Positions 9,845 to 18,920 of a stretch of 64,000 bases of DNA are shown one piece after another. This DNA comes from Planctomycetota bacterium (GTDB lineage: Bacteria; Planctomycetota; UBA1135; UBA2386). Every line of letters begins with the position of its first letter. Positions within the stretch are counted from its first letter, which is position 1. The stretch is from the NCBI GenBank assembly GCA_046290465.1, contig JBKAGP010000001.1, forward strand, positions 960,001-1,024,000, written 5' to 3'. A program made the translations under genes and the position numbers. The notes beneath the pieces are model-generated. The model ran no database searches, was not told the origin of the DNA, and saw nothing but the letters and a program-made list of their open reading frames with translations.

Positions 9845-12800
9845 TGGCCATCCGACCTGCGAAGACCGCGTCCTCCCCGTTGATCCTGTGCTCGCTGCTC
9901 GGCGCCCTGCTGGTGCCGACCGCGACGGCGACCGCCCAGGAGCTCGACAAGGCGACCATCGAACGGCTGCGCCGCGACCAGGACGAGATCCTGCGCAAGG
10001 CCGAGCGCCTGCAGAAGCTGATGACCCGGCTGAAGGTCCGCTACGAGCGCGAGGGCAAGCAGGAGCAGGTCGACTACCTGACCGAGGGCCTCGCCCACCT
10101 CGATCGCTCCGGCATCCTGCGCGACGTCGCCAGCATCCGCGAGAACATCGAGTCGACCGCGTTCACCGAGGCGCTGCGCAAGCAGAGCGAGGTCGTCGAC
10201 GACCTCGAGCGGCTACTCAACATCCTGCTGGCGCGCAAGTCGATCGAGTCGCTCGACGAGCAGATCCAGCAGGTGCAGAAGCAGGCCGCGACCGCCTCGC
10301 AGCTCGAGCAGCGACAGCGTGAGCTGATCGAGCAGGCCCAGCGCACGATGCAGCGCGAGCTGTCCCCGGCCGAGCAGGAGCTCGCCGACACCATCCAGAA
10401 GATGCGCGACGCCGAGCAGCGCGAGGCCGACCGCAACGCGCAGCAGGCCGGCACCCGGCGGCCGTTCCTCGAGAGCGCGCTGCAGCGCGTGCAGCAGCTG
10501 CTGCGCGCCCAGAGCCAGCTCGAGAGCGGTCTGGAGGACGAAGCCTCGGGCCGCACGCCGGACGCCAAGAGCCAGCAGTTCGACCTCGGCGACCTCAGCG
10601 AGAAGGTGCGCGAACTGCAGCGCGAACTGAAGGACCAGCGCCAGCAGCAGCAGCTCGGCGAGGCCGGCAAGGAGCTGCAGCAGGCCGCCGACCAGAACGA
10701 CGCGCAGGCGCTGCAGCAGGCCCGCGACCGCATCCAGCGCCTGCTCGAGAGCCCGCCGAAGAAGCCCGGCACCGTCGCCGGGGACTTCAAGGCGCGCGAC
10801 GAGGAGTGGGCCAAGGTGCGCCAGGAGGCGCAGGCCGCACCCGAGCCCGACACCGAAGCCGGCCGCGAGGCGCTCGATGAGGTCGGCCAGCGCGCCGAAC
10901 AGCTCGCCGAACAGCGCAACGGCGAAGCCCAACAGGCAAACAGCAAGCAGTCGCAGCGGCTCGCCGAGGGCGCCAAGGAGCTGGCCGATCGCATGCAGGC
11001 TTCGCAGCCGCAGGAAGGCCAGCCGCAGGAAGGCCAGGCACCGGAGGGCCAGCAGCAGTCCAACCAGCAGCAGTCCAACCAGCAGCAGTCCAACCAGCAG
11101 CAGGGCAACCAGCAGCAGGGCAACCAGCGGCAGGGCGAGCCGAAGCCCGGCGAGCAGCAGCCCGGCGAACAGCAGGGCAAGACCTCGGCCGACGCCGTCG
11201 CCGACGCCGCCCGCAAGCTCGCCGAGGCGCAGCAGGCGCTCGACAAGGGCGAGACCGACCAGGCCAACGAGAAGGTCGACCAGGCGCTGAGCGCGCTCGA
11301 CCAGGCCCGTTCGCGCCACCGCAGGGAGAACCCCGACGCGGCCCGCAACGCCGACCAGATGGCCGCCGAAGCGCGCGCCGCCGCGCAGGAGCTGGCCAAC
11401 GCCCCCACCCAGGAACAGGCCGAACAGACCGCCCAGCAGGAGCTCAAGCAGGCGGCCGACGCGCTGCGCCAGGTCGGCGACCAGGTCGAGAAGGCCCGCG
11501 ACGAGGGCCAGCGTCCGGACGCCCAGCAGTCCGCGCAGCAGTCACGCCAGTCGCTCGAGGCGGCGCGCGACGCGCTGAAGCAGGCGCTCGATCAGGCCGC
11601 CCAGAACAACCAGGCCGAGCTGCAGGCCGCCCAGGAGCGCCAGCAACAGCTCGCGCAGCAGGCCCAGCAGGCGCAGCAGCAGCTCGACCAGGCCGCCCAG
11701 AACGGCGACATCAACGAGCAGCAGCAGCAGGCCGCCAAGCAGGCGATGCAGCAGGCCCAGCAGAGCATGCAGCGCGCCCAGCAGCAGCTGCAGCAGGGCC
11801 AGCAGGCCTCGGCCTCGCAGCAGCAGCAACAGGCCGCCGAGCAGATGCAGCAGGCGATGGACGCGCTGCAGGAGAACCGCGAACTCGACCAGCAGCAGAA
11901 GGACCAGCTCGCCCAGCAGGCGCAGCAGCAGGAGCAGCTGACCGAGGACATCATCCGGCTCGCCAAGGAACTCGAGAAGCGCGAGAACGACGCCGCCAAG
12001 CGCGCCGTCGAGGAGGCCGCCGACGCGTCGAAGAAGGCGCAGCAGGCGATGGAGGAAGGCGACGCCGAAGAGGTCGAGCAGCAGCAGGAGAAGGCCCGCG
12101 AGAAGCTCGAGGAGGCCATCGACGAGCTCGAGGAGGAGCAGGACCGCTACATGGACCTGCGCCAGGAGGAGCTGCTGTTCCGGATGAAGGACGAGCTGAC
12201 CGCGTTCCTCGAGAAGCAGCGGCCGATCACCGAGCTGACCAAGCAGTTCCAGGAGTCGACCAAGGGCGGCCGCCTGTCCCGTTCGCAGCGTCGCAAGGTC
12301 AACGGCCTCGGCGAGGAGGAGCAGGCGCTCGCCGGCAAGATCGAGTTCCTGGTCCAGGCGCTGAGTGAGGAGGGCAACCTCGTCTACCAGTCGGTGCTGA
12401 ACGCCAACCTCGAGGACCTGCAGGAGATCGCGCGCCGGCTCGCCGGCCGCGCGCCGGACGTCGGCTCGTTCACGACGCTGCTGCAGGACGACGTCGAACG
12501 GCGGTCGCAGCAGCTGCTCGAGGCCCTCGAGCGCGAACAGAAGCGTCGCGAGAAGGAGCGCCAGGAGCAGCAGCAACAGCAGCAGCAGGACCAGCAGCAG
12601 CCGCAGAACAAGTTCAACCAGCAGCGTGAGAAGCTGGTGTCGCTGATCGCGGAGCTCGAGATGCTCAAGCAGCTCGGCGTCGACACGCGCGAAGCGACCG
12701 ACAACCTGAAGACGCTGATCGAGATCCGCGGCGATGACAACATCAGCGAGGCCGAGGTGGCGATGATCCAGCGCCTCGCCCACCGTCACAACGAGATCAC

Positions 12801-12891
12801 CAAGCTGTTCCAGCAGATCAAGGCGGGTGTCGAGGAGGCGCTCGACGCGATGGCCGGCGAACAAGGCGAAGAGGAAGGCTCCGGCCGCTAG
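9844..12891 (+). CDS. Secreted Gln/Glu-rich coiled-coil protein
   Basis: ATG at 9844 overlaps the upstream TGA. Signal peptide (LILCSLLGALLVPTATATAQ). Very Q/E/A-rich. Confidence 0.75.
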   Translation: MAIRPAKTASSPLILCSLLGALLVPTATATAQELDKATIERLRRDQDEILRKAERLQKLMTRLKVRYEREGKQEQVDYLTEGLAHLDRSGILRDVASIRENIESTAFTEALRKQSEVVDDLERLLNILLARKSIESLDEQIQQVQKQAATASQLEQRQRELIEQAQRTMQRELSPAEQELADTIQKMRDAEQREADRNAQQAGTRRPFLESALQRVQQLLRAQSQLESGLEDEASGRTPDAKSQQFDLGDLSEKVRELQRELKDQRQQQQLGEAGKELQQAADQNDAQALQQARDRIQRLLESPPKKPGTVAGDFKARDEEWAKVRQEAQAAPEPDTEAGREALDEVGQRAEQLAEQRNGEAQQANSKQSQRLAEGAKELADRMQASQPQEGQPQEGQAPEGQQQSNQQQSNQQQSNQQQGNQQQGNQRQGEPKPGEQQPGEQQGKTSADAVADAARKLAEAQQALDKGETDQANEKVDQALSALDQARSRHRRENPDAARNADQMAAEARAAAQELANAPTQEQAEQTAQQELKQAADALRQVGDQVEKARDEGQRPDAQQSAQQSRQSLEAARDALKQALDQAAQNNQAELQAAQERQQQLAQQAQQAQQQLDQAAQNGDINEQQQQAAKQAMQQAQQSMQRAQQQLQQGQQASASQQQQQAAEQMQQAMDALQENRELDQQQKDQLAQQAQQQEQLTEDIIRLAKELEKRENDAAKRAVEEAADASKKAQQAMEEGDAEEVEQQQEKAREKLEEAIDELEEEQDRYMDLRQEELLFRMKDELTAFLEKQRPITELTKQFQESTKGGRLSRSQRRKVNGLGEEEQALAGKIEFLVQALSEEGNLVYQSVLNANLEDLQEIARRLAGRAPDVGSFTTLLQDDVERRSQQLLEALEREQKRREKERQEQQQQQQQDQQQPQNKFNQQREKLVSLIAELEMLKQLGVDTREATDNLKTLIEIRGDDNISEAEVAMIQRLAHRHNEITKLFQQIKAGVEEALDAMAGEQGEEEGSGR
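11050..11136 (+). repeat. 15-bp tandem repeat encoding (QQQSN)3(QQQGN)2QRQG
   Basis: cagcagcagtccaac x3, then cagcagcagggcaac x2, read directly. Confidence 0.9.
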
Positions 12892-12902
12892 GAGGACCGA
12901 CG

Positions 12903-13658
12903 ATGACGACGCAGAAGCACATCCTGTTCTGGGCGCTGGCCCTGACCCTGCCGTTCTCGACGCTGTCCGCGCAGTTCGGCGGCGGCGACCCCAGCAAGGA
13001 GATCAAGGAGATCGCCGAGGCGGTCGACAAGCAGCTCAAGGAGATCGACCGCCTGCTGCTCGAATCGGGCAAGCAGGGCCAGGCCCGCAAGGCTCCCAAG
13101 CAGATGCTCGAGGAGGCCAGCGAGACCAGCAAGATCGCCGAGGACGGCATCGACAAGCTGATCGAGAAGCTCAACGAGATGAGCCAGCAGAGTTCGAGCA
13201 GTTCGAGCTCGAGCCAGCAGCAGCAACAGCAGCAACAAGACCAGCAGCAGCAACGACAGCAGCAGCAGGGCCAGCAGCAGAACCGCCGCGAGAACCAGAC
13301 GCCCGACTTCGTGCAGCAGCCGCAGCAAGGTGAGCAGCAGGGTCAGGAGCAGCAGCAGGGCCAGCAGCAGCAGCCGGGACAGAACCAGCCGCAGCAGGGC
13401 CAGCAACAGCCACAGGACGGCCAGCAGCCGCGGGGTGGCCAGGAGCAGCGCTCACCGGGCGAGAACCGGCCGGGCAATGCGCCGCCCGAGGATCCGACCG
13501 GCGAAGGCAACCGCGGCACGGGTGCCAACGAGTGGGGTGGGCTGCAGCCCTACCTGAACTTCTTGAAGAACCGTGGGGCGAGCCCGAAGGTGCCGGAGAA
13601 GTACCGGAAGTACTACGAGGCCTACCTGAAGAACAAGGCGAAGGGCGACAAGAAGTAG
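12903..13658 (+). CDS. Secreted Gln-rich protein with C-terminal WGxL...VPEKYRKYYEAY motif
   Basis: AGGAGG RBS, signal peptide, poly-Q/S low-complexity region. Confidence 0.8.
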   Translation: MTTQKHILFWALALTLPFSTLSAQFGGGDPSKEIKEIAEAVDKQLKEIDRLLLESGKQGQARKAPKQMLEEASETSKIAEDGIDKLIEKLNEMSQQSSSSSSSSQQQQQQQQDQQQQRQQQQGQQQNRRENQTPDFVQQPQQGEQQGQEQQQGQQQQPGQNQPQQGQQQPQDGQQPRGGQEQRSPGENRPGNAPPEDPTGEGNRGTGANEWGGLQPYLNFLKNRGASPKVPEKYRKYYEAYLKNKAKGDKK

Positions 13659-13664
13659 CCGCGG

Positions 13665-13690
13665 GTCGCCGGTGGCAGGCAACCGGCGGC
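13665..13690. terminator. GC-rich stem-loop between convergent genes (possible terminator)
   Basis: gtcgccggt ... accggcggc 9-bp stem just after the stop at 13658; no U-tract. Confidence 0.3.
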
Positions 13691-13838
13691 AGCTGGCCAT
13701 CGCAAGGGGCCGATGGACGGACAAGCGATCACTTCGGACGCATCCGTGCCGACCGCGTAGCCGGATCGTCCTGCACCGTCTGCGGTCGCTCCGATGAGCG
13801 ACAGATCCGCGCGGGAACGGCCCGCGAGAATGAGGGGT

Positions 13839-14510
13839 CTAGGCGATCACGTAGAGCTGCTCTCGCACGGACGGCTCCTGCAAGGCCAGGATGATCTGCA
13901 TGAGGTCCGATGGCCGCAGGCTGTCGGAGCCAAGGCGCACGGCGAGGGCCCCGACGTCGGCAGACCGCCACTTCAGCAGCTCATCGGTCAAAGTTGCGGG
14001 AGAGATGTCGCCGCGCGGATAGACGATCGACTCGAGCGCCAAGAAGACGAAGTAGTCCGTGTCTGGCGACATGACCAAGTCGATCAGCTGTTCGCGCTCC
14101 GCCTTGGTCCATTCGCCTCCGTCCAGCGCGCCAACCAGGCGGTTCGCTTCGCCCTGCACAAGCGCCGTATTCCATCGCGCTGCGGACTCGACTTGCTCGC
14201 CTAGGTTGGCCAACCACGCAACCGCGGAGAGATTCTGGCCGTAACGACGATTGAGCGCCTTCGCCAAGCCCTGTTCGGCGACGCTCAGCAGGATACCGGC
14301 AGGCTGCGGCAGCCGGCGCAGCTTCGTCATCAGGATGGGAGTGAGAACCGTGCCGTAGACGCGGCACTCGATGGCTGTCGGCAGCCGGCGCAAGCTGCGG
14401 CTTTGCTGCGGACTCACGAACGGTCGCTTGTCATCCAACAGCGTGGCCCAGGACAGCGAAAGCACGAACGCAAGGAACGCGAGCGCGCCGAGGATAGAGA
14501 GTGCCTTCAT
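13839..14510 (-). CDS. Hypothetical exported or membrane-anchored protein
   Basis: MKALSILGALAFLAFVLSLSWA signal/TM segment; protein-like composition unlike the overlapping shadow ORFs. Confidence 0.55.
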   Translation of the reverse strand: MKALSILGALAFLAFVLSLSWATLLDDKRPFVSPQQSRSLRRLPTAIECRVYGTVLTPILMTKLRRLPQPAGILLSVAEQGLAKALNRRYGQNLSAVAWLANLGEQVESAARWNTALVQGEANRLVGALDGGEWTKAEREQLIDLVMSPDTDYFVFLALESIVYPRGDISPATLTDELLKWRSADVGALAVRLGSDSLRPSDLMQIILALQEPSVREQLYVIA

Positions 14511-14814
14511 TGGTGGGCGGGGCTTCGAGTCGCGGGGCCTAGCGCATGCGGCTGCTCAACGAACAGCAACGGATCGCGGGATTCGAGTGCGGTGGCGCTC
14601 GGCAGCTGGTGATACGAAGCCGAGCTGCCCGCGGCGAGCTACCGCGGCAAGCCTCTTTGCGGGTGCGCGCCGATCCACTTCGGGACTTGCCGAAAGGTCA
14701 GAGTCTACAGCGGCTTCCCGGCCGCGGCGGGTCGGGCCGAGGAACTGAGATCGGCTCGGTGCGTGCATCAGGCAATCCCAGGATGGCGATGACCGGAGGG
14801 ACGCGCCACCAGAA

Positions 14815-16467
14815 TCACCCGCGCGCTCCTCGCCATCGCGACGCCGCGGCTGCTGCCAGCCCCAGCCCCTCGCCCGCAGAGGGCACGAATCCGCCGAGCG
14901 CCCCCGCCACCTGATCGCGAGGCTGGTAGAGCAGCACGTCGGCACCGACGTTCCCCACCATCATCGCCAGGCTGCTGTAGTGCTCGGGGAGCTTGGACAA
15001 GAACTCGGCCGCATCCTTCGCGCCCGGAATCCACGAGATCCCGGCCATGCTTCCGATCGACGCGACGCGCTGCCACACGCCAGCCGGTAGCGCACCACCG
15101 ATCACCAGCTTGGCAATCTCGGCACAGCCGAGCACGACGCACTCGGGCCAGGTCAGAGCTCGCCGCCCCATGCCGTCGGGCTTGATGTCGAACCGGAACT
15201 GCTCGTCCCAATGAACCCAGTTGCGGATCACGCGGATACTGGGAATCGGCAGCCACGATCGATGGTCCCACCAGCTCGTCCACAACGCGGTGGGCACCAT
15301 GTTCTCGTAGTAGAGGATGTCCGCGAGGTCCCGCAACCACGGTCGAGCGACCCAGCCCAACAGGAAGTTGACGATCGTGCGCGGCAGTGACAGACCCGGC
15401 AAGCCTCCGTAGATCGGCACAACGTGGTAGCCGACCACCATGCCACTCTGCAGGGCCGCCTGGATCGAGACTTCCACGGTATGCAGGTGCGAGAGTGCGG
15501 AAGGGTTGTTGCCCCGATTGGTGAATGGAACCAGATTGCTCCACACTGCGGGCCCACCGAACTTGTCGCGCAGCAGGTGCAAGCGGACGTAGAATGCACC
15601 ACCCGTGCGTGTCTTCTTCCTCTTGAGCGCCGCCCACGCGGGGTTCGTGATTGCACCCGGAGCCGCACCACCCGGAATCGGATAGCCCCTCAGGACCGCC
15701 TGCATTCCAGTGGCGAAGCCACCATGGCTGAGTGCCGGGGAGGCATGCAGGATCCTCGCGTGCAGGCCGGCCGGCACCTCGCCCATTGCCCATGATGCGG
15801 CCGAGACTAGCCCCGTCCCCGCCCCGGCGACCGCGTCGGTCACGACGTTGCCGACCAACGGGATGCGTTGGCGCTGGGCGACGGCGACCGGCGGCGCAGC
15901 CTCCTGCCGTTGCGCTGCCGGTTGCCGGGCGCGCGATCCCAGATGCGCGGCACGAGTTCCGTAGACGTCCGCCTCCCGTTCGAGGCGCGGGTCGTCGTTG
16001 ATCGGCGTGCCGCCGACGGAGGACGTTCGGGGAACCCGGCCCTGCAGCTGCTGCACGACGTGCCAGCCCTCGTGCGGCAGGTGGCTCTCCGCGCCCGGGG
16101 CCAGATGGATGCGATTGCCCTGAGCCACGGCTGACGCCTGGAGGCTGGATGGCAAGGTCGAGTTGCGATGCACACGGACGTGGCCGAGGTCCAGCCCCGA
16201 GAGCTCCTCGAGGCCTTGTCGCAAGCCTCGCCCCAGGCCAGTTGCATCAAGGACCGAGGTTTCGTCGGGATCCTTCGGATGTGCCGGAACGCGCATCAGG
16301 CTGGCAACCGCAGGAGTCCCGTCGGCGTCCGCCGATCGCGATACGTTCGCACGGGCGACGGAGTCCTGCCGGGTCCCCCTCCGCCTGCTGCCGGTTTCTG
16401 TTCTCGGTTCCGAGCGACGCATGGATCGTTGTTGCGAGTCTAGCCGATTCACCTGTCGTGCCTGCAT
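14815..16467 (-). CDS. DUF4157 (eCIS core) domain protein with DNA/RNA non-specific endonuclease-like domain; candidate eCIS effector
   Basis: SGLDLGHVRVHRNS...AVAQGNRIHLAPGAESHLPHEGWHVVQQ...INDDPRLEREAD matches DUF4157 (HExxH). RLHLLRDKFGGPAVWSNLVPFTNRGN is a beta-beta-alpha-metal nuclease-like motif. Start uncertain (16467 or 16422). Confidence 0.8.
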   Translation of the reverse strand: MQARQVNRLDSQQRSMRRSEPRTETGSRRRGTRQDSVARANVSRSADADGTPAVASLMRVPAHPKDPDETSVLDATGLGRGLRQGLEELSGLDLGHVRVHRNSTLPSSLQASAVAQGNRIHLAPGAESHLPHEGWHVVQQLQGRVPRTSSVGGTPINDDPRLEREADVYGTRAAHLGSRARQPAAQRQEAAPPVAVAQRQRIPLVGNVVTDAVAGAGTGLVSAASWAMGEVPAGLHARILHASPALSHGGFATGMQAVLRGYPIPGGAAPGAITNPAWAALKRKKTRTGGAFYVRLHLLRDKFGGPAVWSNLVPFTNRGNNPSALSHLHTVEVSIQAALQSGMVVGYHVVPIYGGLPGLSLPRTIVNFLLGWVARPWLRDLADILYYENMVPTALWTSWWDHRSWLPIPSIRVIRNWVHWDEQFRFDIKPDGMGRRALTWPECVVLGCAEIAKLVIGGALPAGVWQRVASIGSMAGISWIPGAKDAAEFLSKLPEHYSSLAMMVGNVGADVLLYQPRDQVAGALGGFVPSAGEGLGLAAAAASRWRGARG

Positions 16468-16481
16468 GCAACCCTGTTGCA
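16467..16481. promoter_or_regulatory. TGCAAC-N3-GTTGCA dyad at the start of the DUF4157 gene
   Basis: tgcaaccctgttgca read directly; a related dyad lies at 39665. Confidence 0.35.
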
Positions 16482-16725
16482 GCCTCGCGACAGCACGGCG
16501 GCCTCGGATCCTCCTGGCGCGACACGCGTCGGGACTTCGTAGGCACACTGCATGCACAGCTCAGGTAGACCGGACCGGCTTCCAGATGGACGATTCGTCG
16601 CGAAATGGAGAACTCCGCAGACCGGCTGGTTGCGACCCATACGCATACCGCCATGCCAGCCTCGCTCGGGTTGCTCGACCACAGCTACCAACCGCCGCGT
16701 AAGGCACAACGACAGGATCCACGAC

Positions 16726-17454
16726 ATGTCTGAGGAAAAGAAGGCCGACAAGCACCACCCGACCCCGCTGCCGGCGAAGCCCAAGTTCGAGGTCGCGGAA
16801 AACACGATCGCGGTCCAACTCAAGGACCTCGGTGCCAAGATGATCGACGGGAGCGGGAGCGGGGACATTGACCCCGCGACGACGATCGCCGGCGCGGTCG
16901 ACAAGACCCTGGCGACGCTCGCCAACGAACCTCCGGCGATCCCGAACGACCTGCAGGAGGCGATCGACAAGCCTGCCAACAGGCCGCTGCTGCGCCCGTC
17001 CCAGTTGACCCTCGCGACGGCACTTGCCACGGCCAAGAGCAAGTCGGAGCAAGATCAGGCGGCGGCGCAGTTTGCTCTGCACACCGCGCAGGGCGCCTGG
17101 ACCCACGCGCTGACGCTGTACACGACCCAGCGGAAGGCCGCACTGGATACGTTCCAACGCGCCTACGACCAGGCGTGGGACGAGTATCTCGAGAAGCTCG
17201 CCGACCGAGTCGCTCCCAGCGTCGAGATCCATGCGCACTACACGATGGGCGTGGCCATCGGCACAGCCGCCGATACGTTCTTCACCGCGGAAGCGGGTCT
17301 GATCACCAATCTGGGGACGGCGTTCGGCACCCTGGCCACCGCCTACGCGACCTGCGCCAACGCGGCAGTAAAGGCTGCCACGACCTCGAACGACACACAG
17401 ATGGCGGCGCAGCTGACCTACTGGGCAGCGGTCGTCAAGGTGTTGACCTCGTAG
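16726..17454 (+). CDS. Hypothetical Ala/Thr-rich helical protein (possible eCIS cargo)
   Basis: ATG at 16726 after AGGA, good GC3 bias, no signal peptide. Confidence 0.7.
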   Translation: MSEEKKADKHHPTPLPAKPKFEVAENTIAVQLKDLGAKMIDGSGSGDIDPATTIAGAVDKTLATLANEPPAIPNDLQEAIDKPANRPLLRPSQLTLATALATAKSKSEQDQAAAQFALHTAQGAWTHALTLYTTQRKAALDTFQRAYDQAWDEYLEKLADRVAPSVEIHAHYTMGVAIGTAADTFFTAEAGLITNLGTAFGTLATAYATCANAAVKAATTSNDTQMAAQLTYWAAVVKVLTS

Positions 17455-18094
17455 CGGGACGTCCGCGTGCCGGTGCTGCGGCGCCGGCATCCCGGTCACG
17501 CCACGTCGGCAGCAGAAAGCCGACGTATGTTGCCGCTCCCCGGACCGGATGCGGACCAGCACCAAGGACCAGACCTCACTGTTTCGGTGACCTGGCGGGA
17601 CCGAGGGCGACCGCCTCGATGCAATCTGGCTCGCGGCCTCTGCGCCACGGGCCCGCACCGCTACGGACGGAACTCGCGACTTCCGGACGCGACGAACGGA
17701 TGGCGCGAGTGGAGCCGCATCCAATGCGAGCGCAGTCCGAGCGTGATGGCACCGTCACCCAGACTCGGGCACCGGTCGCGCGCTGCCTCCGGCGCCTCTC
17801 GAGGCCGCCGCAGACCTCAGCGCAAGGACCGGACTACCGCCGTGTTCCCAACGATCGCGGAATCGGCGGTCCCGAAGACGGCGCGGCTGGTTCGCATCGT
17901 GAAGCTGCCGAAGGACCACTGAAACCGTCGCCACTCGGCTGAGGCCCCCTCGTGCAGCTACGTGTGCCTCTCTTGACTCGGGATCGGAATGATCGCGGAA
18001 GCGGCATCCGGAGGCTCCTCGGGAGCGAGTGTGGCCGCCAAGCGGCGTCGGCACGGCCGACCCGCACCGACGAAGCCGATCCATCCCGTCTACC

Positions 18095-18640
18095 ATGCCG
18101 AACCCGATCCCACGCACGCACCCCGCGGCCGGCGTGCTCGTCCTGCTTCTCCTTGCCGCGCGCGCTACGCCGCTTGCCGACCCGTCGCCGACGGCCCGAC
18201 TGCTGCCGGCAGACCCTCCGGCCGTAGCCGTTCCAGCAACTCCGGCGAGTTCGTTCTTCTGGTTCGAGGTCAGGCAGAATCGGGACGATCCCCAATCGCT
18301 GACCATACGCATCCCGGTCTTCCGGTTTGCCTCGTCCTCTGCCCGTGCTGCAGCGGACCCCGTGCTGGTCATGCTTGGCGGGCCCGGCGTTGCGACGACG
18401 AGCATGACTCCCGTGTTGATCCTCGTTGGCACATACGACCCGCTAACGCCCCCGGCCTGGGCCGACCACCTGGCCGCCGGGCTGGAGCATGCCACCGTCG
18501 TCCGCTTCGAGACCTGGGGACACAGCCCGTTGTTCCACTGGGATCGCCCAACCGGAATGGCGCTGGCCGATGCGTTCCTCAGGCATCCTGCGGCGCCGCT
18601 GCCAGCCGATCATGTCAGAGCGGCTTCCGCCCGATCTTGA
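18095..18640 (+). pseudogene. Internally deleted secreted alpha/beta-hydrolase (tripeptidyl-aminopeptidase-like) remnant, frame intact
   Basis: N-terminal EVRQNRDDPQSLTIRIPV...DPVLVMLGGPG joined directly to C-terminal PVLILVGTYDPLTPP...WGH; the GxSxG nucleophile region is absent. Confidence 0.65.
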
Positions 18641-18920
18641 TCACGGGATCGAGGCCATACGCGGACGACAGCCCAGCCGAACGGGGCTCGGCCATCCGGC
18701 GCACGGTTGCCACACCCCAACCTGCACGATGCCGCTGCCACTGCTCACGGGTCGCGGTCATGCACGATCCCATCGCCAAGCCGCGTTGCGGCTCGCCGCA
18801 GGCTCGAGCAACCCCGTGACCCGCCCACTGCAGGTCCAGCCGGCTGCGTGAGAGCCTTGAGCGGACATTGGCCACGCCCGAATGCGCCGGTCGCCAACCG
18901 GTTGGCCGTCCCCGCGAGCG

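Noticed and set aside
13660..13700. Attachment-site direct repeat with the region near 42560-42580
   Set aside because: Only loose GC-rich similarity (gccgg..gcaggc), and no tRNA or integrase nearby.
17970..17981. 12-bp match ctcttgactcgg shared with 39762-39773
   Set aside because: A single 12-mer match is expected by chance in 64 kb; it may contain a TTGACT -35 element but has no further support.
17455..18094. Short ORFs or an ncRNA in the long island spacers (also 14511-14814 and 18641-18920)
   Set aside because: No codon bias, motif or convincing structure recognised by eye.
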